NCBI GenBank assembly: GCA_965225855.1
Contig: CBDDCK010000005.1
Location: forward strand, 1,728,001-1,792,000
Direction of reading: 5' to 3'
Source: Spirochaetia bacterium
GTDB lineage: Bacteria; Spirochaetota; Spirochaetia; SP-2023
Length of the DNA: 64,000 nt
Numbering within the stretch: the stretch's first letter is position 1; the number at the start of each line of letters is the position of its first letter. A program made the translations under genes and the position numbers. Below the pieces are notes generated by a model, which saw only the letters and a program-made list of their open reading frames with translations, searched no databases and had not been told where the DNA came from. Below are positions 28,560 through 40,500 of the stretch, piece after piece.

Positions 28560-30518
28560 ATGCCAAACCCTGAAATGGCTCTACTTGTGTTGCGCAAAAA
28601 AATGCAAGAAAAATACTTAGACTACTATTTAGTCGGTAGCTCTGACCCGCATAATAACGAGTATGTTCCAGCTCATTGGCAGTATTTGTTTGAAGTTTCT
28701 GGCTTTAGTGGTAGTCTTGGCTATTTATTAGTGAGCCATAATTTTGCCGGACTGTGGGTCGATTCTCGTTACCATGTTCAAGCTGACCGTGAATGCTCTA
28801 CCCAAATCGAAATATTTCGCATAGGTCAATGCAATGTTCCTTTACTTCATGAATACTGGCAACAACTTTTAGATAATTCGGAGAAACCTTTGCAGCTGGG
28901 TTTTGATGGTTCATGTTTTTCTTATGGCAGCTTGAAGAAATTACTTTCGGTAACGTCTTCTGCTAATGGCTTAGCTGATGGCAAACGTTTACTTATAGAT
29001 GAACTTTGGTCTGAAAATACAGAGCAAACAGAAACACCATTTTTGTTAGAATGTTTTCGACCACCGCTGCCTAAAACTTTTGTATATTCTTACAAAATAG
29101 AATATTGTGGTCAAAATCGTTTAGAAAAGATAAAACAAGTGCGCCAATCGATGTATAAGTTTGGCTATGATTATTACCCCATCATGATGTTAGATAATAT
29201 TGCTTGGTTGCTGAATGTACGCGCAAGTGATATTGATTATAGCCCATTGCCGATTAGTTACTTGCTCTTAGGGCAAAATAGCTTATGCTGGTATATTGAA
29301 ACCGATCGCATCTGCTCTGATTTAGCCCATGAGCTTAGTGGTGAGCTAAAGATAAAGCCCTATAGTCAATTTTATGAAGATTGCCGAATTTTGGCAGCAT
29401 TGCCTGCTACTCGCTTTTTATTGAGTGAACACTGTAATATGCAGCTGTTAGATATTTTGCTTTTTAATAGGCAAGTTGCAGCATGTACAGAAAACCCAAG
29501 AGCGCAAAAAGCACAACAGAATAATTGGGCTCGCGATATCATCAACGATATGAAAACGATTAAAAATCCAACAGAACAAGAACAGTTACGAAAAATTATG
29601 TCTCTTGATGGTGCTGCGATGGTAGCTTTTCATACATGGTTACGGCCACAAAATGCGCTATGCCAAGGAACGGTTGAAGGTTCAGAAATAAATGATCAAG
29701 CGATACTAAACGAATATAAATTAGGGCAAAAAATAACACAATGTCGCAAGCAAATTGCGGGTGAATACGGACGCGGTGAAAGTTTTGAGCCCATAGTGGG
29801 TGTTGCTGATAATAGTGCATTGCCCCATTACAGTGCTGGTGCTGAAACCAGTCGTTCCTTACAAAAAGATGGGCAAAACAGTTGGATATTGCTCGATAGT
29901 GGTGGCCAATATCTGGGTGGTACCACCGATATGACCCGTTGTTTCGCGTTGAGTTTTGCTGCTCCGCGTTTGCGCCCTGATAGCCCTGATTTGCGCTTTC
30001 TTTATACCTTGGTTTTACGTGGTCATTTGCAGCTACAAAATGCCCACTTTCCTGCAGGCACTGTGGGGGCCCAGCTCGACACTTTAGCTCGCAACCCACT
30101 GTGGTCGGAAAGCCTAAATTATCATCATGGGACAGGACATGGGGTCGGCAATTTCCTAAATGTTCACGAATGGCCTGTTTCCATTAGCCCCCTTGCCTTG
30201 AATGAACCCCTTAAAGCAGGAATGTTACTTTCCAACGAACCCGGTTTTTATCTGGAGGGCCATTTTGGCATTCGTATTGAAAATTTGTTGTTGGTACAAG
30301 AAGATCGAGCAAAAGCCAATTGGCTGTATTTTGAACCGATAAGTATGTTCCCATATGAGCGCGAATTGATATGTATAGAAGAACTTAGTAAGCAAGAAAC
30401 GCAATGGATTGACGATTACCATGCTTTGTGTTTAAAACGAATTCTTTCTTGTCATAAGCTGAATGCCGAGCAAGAGGCCTGGCTGCGCTGGCGTTGTGCA
30501 CCGCTTAAAACATTTTGA
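28560..30518 (+). CDS. aminopeptidase P family (M24B)
   Basis: SDPHNNEY, DSGGQYLGGTTDMTR, HGTGHGVG..LNVHE, SNEPG and GIRIEN motifs. Confidence 0.95.
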   Translation: MPNPEMALLVLRKKMQEKYLDYYLVGSSDPHNNEYVPAHWQYLFEVSGFSGSLGYLLVSHNFAGLWVDSRYHVQADRECSTQIEIFRIGQCNVPLLHEYWQQLLDNSEKPLQLGFDGSCFSYGSLKKLLSVTSSANGLADGKRLLIDELWSENTEQTETPFLLECFRPPLPKTFVYSYKIEYCGQNRLEKIKQVRQSMYKFGYDYYPIMMLDNIAWLLNVRASDIDYSPLPISYLLLGQNSLCWYIETDRICSDLAHELSGELKIKPYSQFYEDCRILAALPATRFLLSEHCNMQLLDILLFNRQVAACTENPRAQKAQQNNWARDIINDMKTIKNPTEQEQLRKIMSLDGAAMVAFHTWLRPQNALCQGTVEGSEINDQAILNEYKLGQKITQCRKQIAGEYGRGESFEPIVGVADNSALPHYSAGAETSRSLQKDGQNSWILLDSGGQYLGGTTDMTRCFALSFAAPRLRPDSPDLRFLYTLVLRGHLQLQNAHFPAGTVGAQLDTLARNPLWSESLNYHHGTGHGVGNFLNVHEWPVSISPLALNEPLKAGMLLSNEPGFYLEGHFGIRIENLLLVQEDRAKANWLYFEPISMFPYERELICIEELSKQETQWIDDYHALCLKRILSCHKLNAEQEAWLRWRCAPLKTF

Positions 30519-30593
30519 TTATAACTTATTTGACATGCTTATAATTACATTTAGTTTACTTGGCAATTTCTTGTCAATTTAGGGGATTTTGCT

Positions 30594-31250
30594 GTGATTT
30601 TTCAGTTACCAGCTTCGCAAATAATTGCTTTGGTTTTAACTTTGTTGTTGAGTTTAAGTTTACATGAATGGGCCCATGCCGGTGCTGCCTACTTGATGGG
30701 CGATGATACAGCCAAGAAGCAGGGCCGATTAAGCCTAAACCCTCTCAATCATATTGATTTATTTGGCTTTATGGCCATTTTGTTCGTTGGTTTTGGCTGG
30801 GCTAAGCCGGTTCAAATAGATGTGCGCAATTTTAGGCATCCTGTTCGCGGTGAAATCTTTGTGGCAATGGCTGGGCCTTTTAGCAATTTATTGCTAGCAA
30901 GTTTATTACTAGCTGGCTATTTGCGCGATTGGTTTCCCTATTCAGTATCTATTATGGGTTTTTTTCGTATCCCTGTTGTTTCGATGTTGCATTTGGTGAT
31001 ACAGCTCAATTTGGTATTGTTTGTATTTAACATGTTGCCGATTCCACCGCTGGACGGTTCTCACCTAGTTACAGCAATGATACCTAAGCATTTGGAACAA
31101 ACTCGGCGTAGTTTTCAGTATTATGGCCAAATATCTTTGCTAGTTATTCTTTTGTTGGGTGCGGTTTTTAACTACCGTTTTTTGCCGATTTCTGCTTTGA
31201 CGGAAAAATTGATCGATTTGTTAGTGCCTTTTTTAACACCTAGAGCTTAA
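30594..31250 (+). CDS. site-2 protease (M50) family
   Basis: HEWAH and FNMLPIPPLDG motifs; multiple TM segments. Confidence 0.93.
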   Translation: MIFQLPASQIIALVLTLLLSLSLHEWAHAGAAYLMGDDTAKKQGRLSLNPLNHIDLFGFMAILFVGFGWAKPVQIDVRNFRHPVRGEIFVAMAGPFSNLLLASLLLAGYLRDWFPYSVSIMGFFRIPVVSMLHLVIQLNLVLFVFNMLPIPPLDGSHLVTAMIPKHLEQTRRSFQYYGQISLLVILLLGAVFNYRFLPISALTEKLIDLLVPFLTPRA

Positions 31251-31306
31251 GATTGGCTGCCTTATTTTGAACTTGGATAAAATGTGTTTTGTTTTTATAG
31301 AAAACA

Positions 31307-32221
31307 GTGAGAGGGGATGCTATGCAGATTTTTTCTATTGGTAACGTTTTACTGCAGTTTTTTGTTGTTTTGAATTTTCTTGCTTCGCTTGAAGCTTTAG
31401 AAGATGAGGTTTTAGCAGAAGAAGTTGAGCCTTTGGTTGTGGGTAAAGAAGGGCTAAACTATCATTACAAGAATTTGTTTCGCCGAACCCATGATTATTA
31501 TGAAAATTTTGTTATTGAAGGTCAGCAAGTGCGTATCCAAGAAAAAAGAGTAGATACTCCTAATCAGCTTCAGTTTATGCCAGAATTTAGCCAGAAGGAA
31601 GCTTTGCTTTCGGATTTTCGCAATTATGCGGCCAATGATTTTGTAGAGCTGTTGTTTAAAATGGAGGATTTCCCGCGATATGCAGATACTTTGTATATTC
31701 TAAATCGTCTGCTGCAAATGGAAACGATGACTGGTATTGAATATTTTTCGACTCGGCAGCAAGAGATGACAACTTATATAACCTCTAGCTATATTGTCGA
31801 TGAGGCTGGTAGTAAAAAGAAATTAATTGCACCACAATTTAAAGGCCTGCCTTTAGAGCCAATACGCTTGGTTATTCGTATGGACGATAATCGCTTTACG
31901 GCTACTTGGTATGCAGTGGTTATCCGTGTGGGAAAAGATGGGTCGCTGCGCATGACTATGGATAATATTACGCCAATGTATGTGCGCTTTATTTTTTATT
32001 TTAAGGCTGTCGATGCACTAAAGGTACGCCATGAAATTGTGATTTTACCGCAAGGAAAGCCTGATGGTAAAAATAAGAGGCCAGCTCCTATACTCTATGC
32101 TTTAAGTCAAATTCACAATGAGCGCACCCATGTTTTGGGTATTCCGTTGGATTTGGGTAATTCTTTTAACCGAAGGGTAAGTGCAATCCAAGGTTGGATC
32201 TGTCAGAGGATTTATCATTAA
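31307..32221 (+). CDS. secreted conserved spirochaetal protein (DUF6675-like)
   Basis: Signal peptide; TMTGIEYFSTR and SFNRRVSAIQGW patterns. Confidence 0.5.
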   Translation: MRGDAMQIFSIGNVLLQFFVVLNFLASLEALEDEVLAEEVEPLVVGKEGLNYHYKNLFRRTHDYYENFVIEGQQVRIQEKRVDTPNQLQFMPEFSQKEALLSDFRNYAANDFVELLFKMEDFPRYADTLYILNRLLQMETMTGIEYFSTRQQEMTTYITSSYIVDEAGSKKKLIAPQFKGLPLEPIRLVIRMDDNRFTATWYAVVIRVGKDGSLRMTMDNITPMYVRFIFYFKAVDALKVRHEIVILPQGKPDGKNKRPAPILYALSQIHNERTHVLGIPLDLGNSFNRRVSAIQGWICQRIYH

Positions 32222-32330
32222 GGTTATTTGCTAGGAATTTTTAAGGTCTAAACAATTTTAAAGAGATTTTGGCACAGAATTTTTAACAAAATCTGATATA
32301 AATCTGTTTCTTCTTATGCAAGAATCATAG

Positions 32331-33374
32331 CTATTGCAAGTCTTGAGAACCTAAGTTACCCAAAATCTTGTTTAGAAGCTGCATTTTATTCTTTACTTTG
32401 GTTTTACGATAAATAGAATAGATATGGCTTTTTACCGTTGCTAAAGAAATATATAAATGTTCTGCTATAGCAGCATAGCTTTGGCCGCCAATCAACTCAA
32501 CTAATACTTCGCGTTCACGTTTAGAAATATTATAACAATTAAAGAACTCATCTAAATTTTCTACATCAAAACCATTATTGATATTGCCAATGGTATTGGA
32601 GCCAGCTATCACTTTTGCTACCAGATGCTGATTTCGTTGCAATACCAAAGTATATAATACGTGGATAAAAAACGGCATTGTAAATAAAGTATAATAAATA
32701 GGCATAAAGTTTATTCTATAAAATGGTGGATCATCATTTATATAGCGAATCTTCGCATAATCTTTAGTATTTGAAAATGGAGGAAAATAATACATATAAA
32801 GAGGTATAAACAACACAATTTGCAAAATAGCGCAAAATATAAAACTCATAGCTAAAGACTTATACCAAAATCGTAAAGCATGATTTTTAATTGTATTGGT
32901 AAAACCAAGCTGAAGGCAAATTATCGGTGCTACTATCGCAGACAAAGCTACCACCAAATAGATTACAATCTCCAAAGTTTCTAGCGCAAATGCCCATTTT
33001 GGCAACAATAAAACTATTCCCGCATAAAGGCAACTGAAGCAAATAGCATAAACAATGGTCCCACACTGTAAATTTTTCCAGCCAACTTTTAGAAGGCAAG
33101 CGCACAGGCTTTCTAAAGCCCATGGCAACCAGCAGAGCAACAAAATCCGCAAAAAGCGCAAAGTCTCAAAGTTGAATGCTATAATTCTAGTTAAGCCAAA
33201 ATGATTAAAGTAAGTAGAAGAAACATTCAATGACAATATACCCAACAACCCTATTAACTTTATTGCTTGTGCAATTTCTTTTGAGTGGAAACTTGTGATC
33301 CCACCCAAAACCAATAGGCACCAAATGTAATGGGAAAGTAAAATACTGTAGCTGTAATGAATATTTTGTAACAT
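32331..33374 (-). CDS. membrane-anchored LuxR-type HTH regulator
   Basis: Multiple TM helices plus ISKREREVL...IAEHLYISLATVKSHIYSIYRK. Start placed at ATG 33374 to avoid overlap with miaB. Confidence 0.88.
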   Translation of the reverse strand: MLQNIHYSYSILLSHYIWCLLVLGGITSFHSKEIAQAIKLIGLLGILSLNVSSTYFNHFGLTRIIAFNFETLRFLRILLLCWLPWALESLCACLLKVGWKNLQCGTIVYAICFSCLYAGIVLLLPKWAFALETLEIVIYLVVALSAIVAPIICLQLGFTNTIKNHALRFWYKSLAMSFIFCAILQIVLFIPLYMYYFPPFSNTKDYAKIRYINDDPPFYRINFMPIYYTLFTMPFFIHVLYTLVLQRNQHLVAKVIAGSNTIGNINNGFDVENLDEFFNCYNISKREREVLVELIGGQSYAAIAEHLYISLATVKSHIYSIYRKTKVKNKMQLLNKILGNLGSQDLQ

Positions 33375-33390
33375 GGCTTTATCTATCTCT

Positions 33391-34824
33391 TTAAGCGTTT
33401 GCCTTGAGTGTTTCACCCACAAGACTATTTTCTCTTAAACCGTCTTCCTGAATATGGCTCCCAAGAGGATTACCCCCAAGAAGATTGCCCCAAAGCGTAC
33501 GGCCCCGCAGCTCTTCAATACGGACTTGCACAAAATGGTTTAGCAAACTTTGGGGCTCAAATCCTTCTGGCACTGGAAAGATTACCATCTGGTTGTATTG
33601 ATTGCGGCACAACAATTCGTGCGGGTTCTGCTTGGAAGGGCTTTCCACCAAAACATCTTCAAGCTTGCCTATCCTCTGCCTCAAATTCTCCAAAGTGATG
33701 CGATCTTGTATAGCTTGCAGGCGGTACAAGCGTTCTTTCTGCACCGGCTCGGGGATCAAATCATCGCGTTCAAAAGCCGGGGTTCCGGGAATAGGGTTGT
33801 AGTAATAGGTAAAAGCTGAATCGTAGCGTACTTCCTCCACATAATCCAGCAATATCTGTAAATCGCGCTCGGTCTCGCTGGCAAAACCAACCATTAAGTC
33901 TGAAGTCAAGCTTACATCGGGCAGAGCGCGGCGCAGACGCAAAACTAAACTGCGGTACCATTGCAGGGTATAACCGCGATTCATTTCTTCTAGCACGCGG
34001 TCAGAAGCATGTTGCAAAGGCAGATGAACATGATTACAAATCCTTTTGTTATTGGCTATTAAGTCGATAAACTCATCACCAAAGTCCGTTGGATGTGGCG
34101 TAATAAAGCGAATACGCGGAATATCTGTTTCTCGCAGAACAATGCGTAGCAGCTCATTAAAGTCCACTTCTTCATAATTGTATGAATTTACATTCTGGCC
34201 AATTAGAGTAATGTCTTGATAGCCTTTCTCCTGTTGGCTTTGGGCCTCGGCCACAATTTGAGCAACTGGGCGCGAAACTTCTTTGCCTCGCACAAACGGG
34301 ATAATACAGTAACTACAAAAGTTGTCGCAGCCATGCATAATAGGAATCATACCCTGTACTGAATTATGGCTGCTGTGGTCTTTAAAAAAGATATAGTTTT
34401 CTTTCTTTAGAACCTTTGGAGGCTGCTCTTTAGGATTTTCTACTTTAGGGTTTACCTCGCCAAAATTCTTGGCAATAAGTTTGGGAATTTGGTCTTTCGC
34501 CATGGAGCCAATAATATGGTCTACCGCTGGGCAACGCTGTGGAATTTCTTCTGCCAAACGTTCGGCCATACAGCCCATTACGATTAGGCAAAATGCTCGG
34601 CGTTGTTTCATCGTAGAAAAATGCACCAAGCGGCTCCACAAGCGGTTTTCTGCACTGATGCGCACCGAACAACTGTTGAGAATAATGGCTTGGGCCGTAT
34701 CTTCGCTGGGGGCTTGCTGCCAATCCATGGCTTTCAAGCTATTTTCTAAAGCGTTTGCTTCTGCCAAGTTCATTTGGCAGCCGTAATTTTCGACCCAAAA
34801 GGTCTTATCTATAGTTTGTAACAT
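33391..34824 (-). CDS. miaB: tRNA-2-methylthio-N6-dimethylallyladenosine synthase MiaB
   Basis: YGCQMN, radical SAM CDNFCSYC, C-terminal TRAM domain. Confidence 0.95.
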   Translation of the reverse strand: MLQTIDKTFWVENYGCQMNLAEANALENSLKAMDWQQAPSEDTAQAIILNSCSVRISAENRLWSRLVHFSTMKQRRAFCLIVMGCMAERLAEEIPQRCPAVDHIIGSMAKDQIPKLIAKNFGEVNPKVENPKEQPPKVLKKENYIFFKDHSSHNSVQGMIPIMHGCDNFCSYCIIPFVRGKEVSRPVAQIVAEAQSQQEKGYQDITLIGQNVNSYNYEEVDFNELLRIVLRETDIPRIRFITPHPTDFGDEFIDLIANNKRICNHVHLPLQHASDRVLEEMNRGYTLQWYRSLVLRLRRALPDVSLTSDLMVGFASETERDLQILLDYVEEVRYDSAFTYYYNPIPGTPAFERDDLIPEPVQKERLYRLQAIQDRITLENLRQRIGKLEDVLVESPSKQNPHELLCRNQYNQMVIFPVPEGFEPQSLLNHFVQVRIEELRGRTLWGNLLGGNPLGSHIQEDGLRENSLVGETLKANA

Positions 34825-34850
34825 ATACGTTCCTATTTTTTAGTGTTGAG

Positions 34851-35855
34851 TTAAGGCAATAATTGCCGAGCTTCGTCCAATATTTTGGCCATAACCTTAT
34901 GTACATCGTCATGTTGCTGGCGCAATTCAAGCCGATGGCATAAAACGGCTGTGCCCAGCATAAGCAAATCTTGATCAATAACATAATTGCGCCCTTGGCA
35001 CAGGGCATAACCGCGGGCACAAGAAAGCCACATTAATATCGCACGGGTGGAAACCCCTAACCGCACTGCAGGGGTATCCCGTGTTAAACGCGCTACTTGA
35101 ACCGCCCATTCTTCCAGTTTGGGCGCACAATATACTTGCTTTGCCAATTGCTGCAAGGAGAGAATTTCGTTTTGGCTCATCACTGCAGTAAAATTGGGTA
35201 AGTTGCGGTGGCTTGGGTCGTTGCGCACAACCGAAAGTTCATGTTCAAAATCCGGGTAGCCTAGGCTCAATTGCATGCTAAAGCGGTCTAACTGGGCTTT
35301 GGGTAAGATGTACGTTCCTGCCATTTCTACTGGGTTTTGCGTTGCAATCACCCAAAATGGTCCTGGCAAAACATGGGTTTCTTTGCCCACGGTAACCTGC
35401 TGTTCGGCCATAACTTCCAACAAGGCGGACTGGACTTTAGGCGTAGCGCGGTTGATTTCATCAGCCAACAGTAGGTTGCAAAACACTGGTCCGGGGTGGA
35501 ATTCAAAGCAATGCTCATCGGGCCGCCAAACTTCCACCCCCGTAACATCGTAGGGCAATAAGTCTGGTGTGAACTGAATGCGGTTGTAATGGCAACCAGT
35601 CTCACCACCGCCAGTGGCTTTGGCTAAAGCTTTTACCAATGTGGTTTTGCCAACCCCAGGTAAGTCTTCCAACAAGATGTGACCACAAGAGAGCATGCAA
35701 GCGATGATCATTTGTAGTACTTCCCGTTTGCCACAGATTACTTGCTCTAAATGGTTGAGCAGTTGTTCTACTTGCTTGCCTGCGTGTTGATATGGCTGGC
35801 AAGGTTGCTGGGCTTGTTCGGAATTTTCGACTGATGATACTGGTAATTCATTCAT
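34851..35855 (-). CDS. moxR: MoxR family AAA+ ATPase
   Basis: EDLPGVGKT, RIQFTPDLLP, DEINRATPKVQSALLE and AQLDRF motifs. Confidence 0.95.
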   Translation of the reverse strand: MNELPVSSVENSEQAQQPCQPYQHAGKQVEQLLNHLEQVICGKREVLQMIIACMLSCGHILLEDLPGVGKTTLVKALAKATGGGETGCHYNRIQFTPDLLPYDVTGVEVWRPDEHCFEFHPGPVFCNLLLADEINRATPKVQSALLEVMAEQQVTVGKETHVLPGPFWVIATQNPVEMAGTYILPKAQLDRFSMQLSLGYPDFEHELSVVRNDPSHRNLPNFTAVMSQNEILSLQQLAKQVYCAPKLEEWAVQVARLTRDTPAVRLGVSTRAILMWLSCARGYALCQGRNYVIDQDLLMLGTAVLCHRLELRQQHDDVHKVMAKILDEARQLLP

Positions 35856-36208
35856 AAAGCGTTTCCTAAAAATGGCTACGATTATAGTTTAAATAGCCAC
35901 TTTTGTCTAACCTACAAAAAACAACAAGAAGGCCCGCTTGTTGGCAAATATCTTGAAATAATGGACCTATCATATTATGGTAAGAAGAATTATTTAAAAG
36001 TTATATATATAATATGGACAACAGCCATAAGCATTACACTGTAATGGTGGCTATATTTTATTGGTACGAATGGACCTTGTGTTTGCATCTTGCAAACCCT
36101 TTGACGAATTTTTAGAAGAATCACAAGCACAAGAACAAAAAATAGTAAAGCCCAAAACCAAGGCCGAGCTAAAGGCATTTATATGGAGAATCAACGCCAT
36201 GAATAAAA

Positions 36209-36612
36209 TTTAATGATCGATGGCGAGGGCAACCCGAATACCGCACATTCGTTTAAAGATGCCGTGGAAGCCTTGTTTCTCCTTGCGTACAAGCTAAAAT
36301 TTATAGCCAAGAACAGGATGCTAGCCACTGACTACGCAGTGATGCCGTTAGAAGGGCTATGGTGGGCGTAAGATATATCTTCGTTTAGTATGGAAAACAA
36401 AGACAACTGGAAATGGACTTTGATGATTGCGCAGCCACCATTTATTATTAGCTTGACCATGGTGGAAGAGGCCAACGGTAGCCAAGCTTCATGATTTTAT
36501 CGAACAAAGCGGCCACCAAAGGCGCGATAAGCACCATGAAATATATCTAAAGGATATGAGAAGAGTCTCTCCTGAAAACTGGAAGACCGTTATCCGCCAT
36601 CCGATCGTCTAG
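36209..36612 (+). pseudogene. GyrI-like small-molecule-binding domain pseudogene
   Basis: LMIDGEGNPNT..DYAVMPLEGLWWA*(TAA 36369-36371)..WKWTLMIAQP, then an internal deletion/frameshift to KHHEIYLKDMRRVSPENWKTVIRHPIV*. Confidence 0.8.
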
Positions 36613-36719
36613 TGCACCGTTCTAATTTTCTTCCATTGAAGCGTGGAAAAACCCCTATCTTATTTGTGTGATTTTGACTATGCTTAGGGCAAATAACCCA
36701 AACTCCATGGTAGCTGACT

Positions 36720-37502
36720 ATGAATCAACACCCAAACAGTATAAGACCTTCACAAGACCCAAACTTAAAACTGCTGCGTACCCCACAGGAATCTCACAGA
36801 TTAAAAGTAGTGCTGTGCCAACCCGATGGTAGCCGCAATGTAGGTGCCACCTGCCGGGCTATGGGCAGCATGGGCTATAGCCAGCTCTACATAGTCGGGC
36901 GGGAAAAAGCCTTTTTTAACCATGAACAAGTGGCCACAATGGGCCTAAACTCCAGCCACCTATTTGAACAAGCCCATTTCTTGCCCACCTTAGAAAGCAT
37001 TGTAGCCGATTGTAGTATAGTCGTGGGCCTAACACGGCGGCGGGGCTCACGGCGTAAATATTTTTCTATCACGCCCGAGCAACTGGGCCAACGCATAGCC
37101 TCAACCCCCGGAAACCTAGCCCTACTCTTTGGCAATGAACGGGTGGGCCTAAATGATGAACAACTAAGCTACTGCAACCTAGCCTGCCATATCCCCACTC
37201 ACCCACAACAGCCTTCCTTAAACCTATCCCATGCTGTGCAAATTATATTGTATGAGCTCTCCAAACTACAGGAACACCAAAGCGAGCTAACCGCTTTAAC
37301 CCAAACAGAGTTAAGTCAACTTAGCGGGGTCCTAATCGAGCATATGCAAAGCATGGGCCTAACAGACAAGCTAGGCAACCAACGCACCCAAAACTTTTTA
37401 CATGATATTCTAAGTCGAGCAACCCTTTCCCAAAGGGAAGGCCAACGCCTATTGCGCATGTTTGAGACTTTACGCTATAGCCACCAGCCAGAGAAACTAT
37501 AA
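36720..37502 (+). CDS. trmJ: TrmJ/LasT family SPOUT tRNA methyltransferase
   Basis: NVGATCRAM, FGNERVGL and PSLNLSHAV motifs. Confidence 0.88.
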   Translation: MNQHPNSIRPSQDPNLKLLRTPQESHRLKVVLCQPDGSRNVGATCRAMGSMGYSQLYIVGREKAFFNHEQVATMGLNSSHLFEQAHFLPTLESIVADCSIVVGLTRRRGSRRKYFSITPEQLGQRIASTPGNLALLFGNERVGLNDEQLSYCNLACHIPTHPQQPSLNLSHAVQIILYELSKLQEHQSELTALTQTELSQLSGVLIEHMQSMGLTDKLGNQRTQNFLHDILSRATLSQREGQRLLRMFETLRYSHQPEKL

Positions 37503-37573
37503 CAAGCTATCATTAAGATAAAGGCTTTATTCTGTTCTGTTATCGCCGTTGGTATAGCTATACCGTTTCTATC

Positions 37574-40500
37574 TTGTTGGCAATGCTAAGCCTAAAGTCG
37601 CTGACTGCTTTTACCCTACTGCCCAATATAGCCATAAGTACAGAAGTCAGAGTACAAGCCGATACAGGAGCAAAGCAAAAAACCAAGCAAGCAATCCAAT
37701 GGTTGCAAAGCATCACCCAGCTATTAGCCAGTCAATCCCATCACCAGCCCGGCTACCAGTCCAATCCCGCTACTGGGCCCACTAAGGGTGGTTTAAGCTT
37801 GCGCGAAGCATCAAACCAAGAGCAGACGCTATTACTAGCTATTAAGAAACTCGCAGCCTACTATGGCTTCCCAGCCAAGCTCTACTCGCTCGACAAAATC
37901 CAAACCATGCATTCGTTCTCCAGCAATTTAGAAGTACAGATACCCGCTAGCACTTTTAGCGACTTTAGACAAAGCAAGTCCACCAGACTGTCTAAGCAAG
38001 AAGCACAGCGATGGTACAAAGTACAGCAAAGCAAGCGAGAATTAGTATTTCTCACGGCCATCTCTGGCAACTCTGTTTTGGACATTGTAACCTTACTGCT
38101 GTTGCTTGAAGCTAGTGCTAAGCAGACCCCACCCCTAGCCCTGCGCCTAGTCTTCTTAGGTTCGGAGCTAGAACCCAAGGCTATGGCCCAGCTAAAGCAA
38201 AGCTTGCCAGCGGGCCGTTATCCTCGATATAACCAAAGATATACTCAAGCATACCATCAAGAATACCCTATAGGCTTGCGCAGTTTTATCTATAATTACC
38301 CACTGAAACAGCCCTATAGCCTAATCTACCTATACCACGGCCAGCAAGATTCATTGGCCAACTACAGCTTCAGCTATAATGCCATAGCCCCCATCATACA
38401 GGGGCTAGCCGAAGTAGTGCAACAAAGGCTACTGCTGCTAGATCGTTTCAACCAGCTACAAGGTGGGAATACCTTGCTAGAGTATTGGTCCTTTGTTGCC
38501 AATCTAAGTGCTTGGAAGCAAGCTTTCTGGCAAGGATTTCAGCAAGGCAGCCATAGCCAAGCTACAGTACAAATCATGCACCACAGTAGCCAGAGCAACA
38601 TCGTAGCTCCCCTGCACTTAGGACATGCCTTCCAAAGCGTCCAGCTACCGTTTAGTTACGGCAACGGTATGCAACTACAGCCCATGGCTAGCTACCAGCG
38701 CACAGCCATACGAAAACGATTAAGGCCATTTATAGAAAAACAATGGCCCATACTGGCACTGGCCCAACCAACGCTAAACAAGCAACCAAAGCAAGGCTAC
38801 AAAAGGGCCAAAGGCAGCCACACACAATTAATCTATTGGGCCCAGCAAATTAAGCAGTTGGCTGCGGGCCTAGAACAATTCATGTGGCTAATGCTAGAAC
38901 AAGCTCTACAAGCACAGCAACAATCCCCTACTAGCGATAAGATCGCAGCACCCGCCGATTCCAGCGTAAAGAATCATCTAACAAATAGCCTAATCCAATG
39001 GCTTGAATGGCTACAATCACTTCAATCACTTGGCCCGCTAGCGCCTGCAATGCAGACCAAAGGCCATTCGGGCTATCACTATTGGCTATGGAACAACCAG
39101 AATCTATGGCCATTCGAGCTTGGGCTAGTCTACATTTCAGAAAACCAGATATTGCTAATGCTACTATTGGCTATCTTGCTGTTTGCCTTATTTCAGTTGC
39201 GCTGGCATACTCGGTTACAGCAGTTGCAAGTGCTGTACGGGCTAAGCCGAGCTAGCCTAATCAAAATGCTACTTGTGCCACTAACATTGCTGGCAAGCTA
39301 CTTTGTTTTTGCCTATCAAGCACAGGCCTTTATATTAAAGCTTGTAGGGCATAAGCCTTTCTCGCAATTGTGGCTAGAATCGCTGCTGCCTATTGAGGGT
39401 CCTTTACCGCAAGGCTTTTTAGCGCAGTTTACTACTTTATGGGCTATCATCTTGCTGCAGCTCAACATACTCTTGTTGTTTGTCTATGGGTTTGCAGCCA
39501 GCTTTAGTGTCGATAAAAGGCCCACCATATGGCTTTTGCCTTATTTTAGCCACAGCTTTACTTTTATTTGGCTGTGGCTACTGGCATGGCAAAGCTTCCG
39601 CTTGGCACTGTTGGGCCTATATTTCTTTGCACTACAGAGTGTATATATCATCTTACCTAAATCTTATAGCCGCTTTTATCTGCTGCGCATCTTACAGAAA
39701 ACCAGCTTGTATTGTGTTATTGGTCTACAGTTTGTGCCATCTATTTTGTTGCTAATATCTTTGCCTTTGCCCTTTGCTCTATTTGGGTTCTCCAGCCAAG
39801 GGATTCCCAGTCAAGCTCTATTGACCATACTGTTCTTGCCGGGCCTGCTACTTCATTACAGCCAGATTCTATACCGCCGTTTCTACCATGGCCAAAGCTT
39901 TTATCGCTACCTGCTGCGCCATATACTCTTGTATATCCTGAATATTCTGGCTTGTGTGGGGCTATTATATTTTGGCAACCAGCAAAGCCAAAATTCTCCC
40001 CAAAAAGGCAAGGTACACCTGCTAGAATCCTATATTCTCCAGCCCCAAGGGAAACCCAAGGGGCCAGAAGGCCCAAGCACAGCATACCAAATTTGGCAAT
40101 ACTATAGTGGCAATAGCTACCCTAGTTCATTGCCAATTGGGCAAGATATTCCACCCCAGTACTTCCAGCGCCCCCTCACAACACAAGAAATATCTGTTCT
40201 GGAAGCTCTGGGGCAGACACTCTTCTCAGCCGATGGCAGAATGATTCAGCAACAATATTCTAGTATTTTGCAACTGCAAGCGGCTGTACCGCTTAGCCAT
40301 ATTTCCGTTGAAATTAGGGGCTCAAAATTATTGTTCGCCAACTTTCCATTTACTCTACCCTTGCCTGCTGGCGATACCGTATATCAAGGCAGCTACAAAA
40401 GCCATCTAGTTATGGGCTTTTGGCCTCCAGCAGGTCAGAAAATAGAGCTGTTATTTGCCGGCACAACTGGCAAGCTTATCTATGATATTATCTGGCAAGC

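Noticed and set aside
34851..35855. MoxR/VWA chaperone system
   Set aside because: No VWA or DUF58 partner is adjacent; orphan moxR genes are common.
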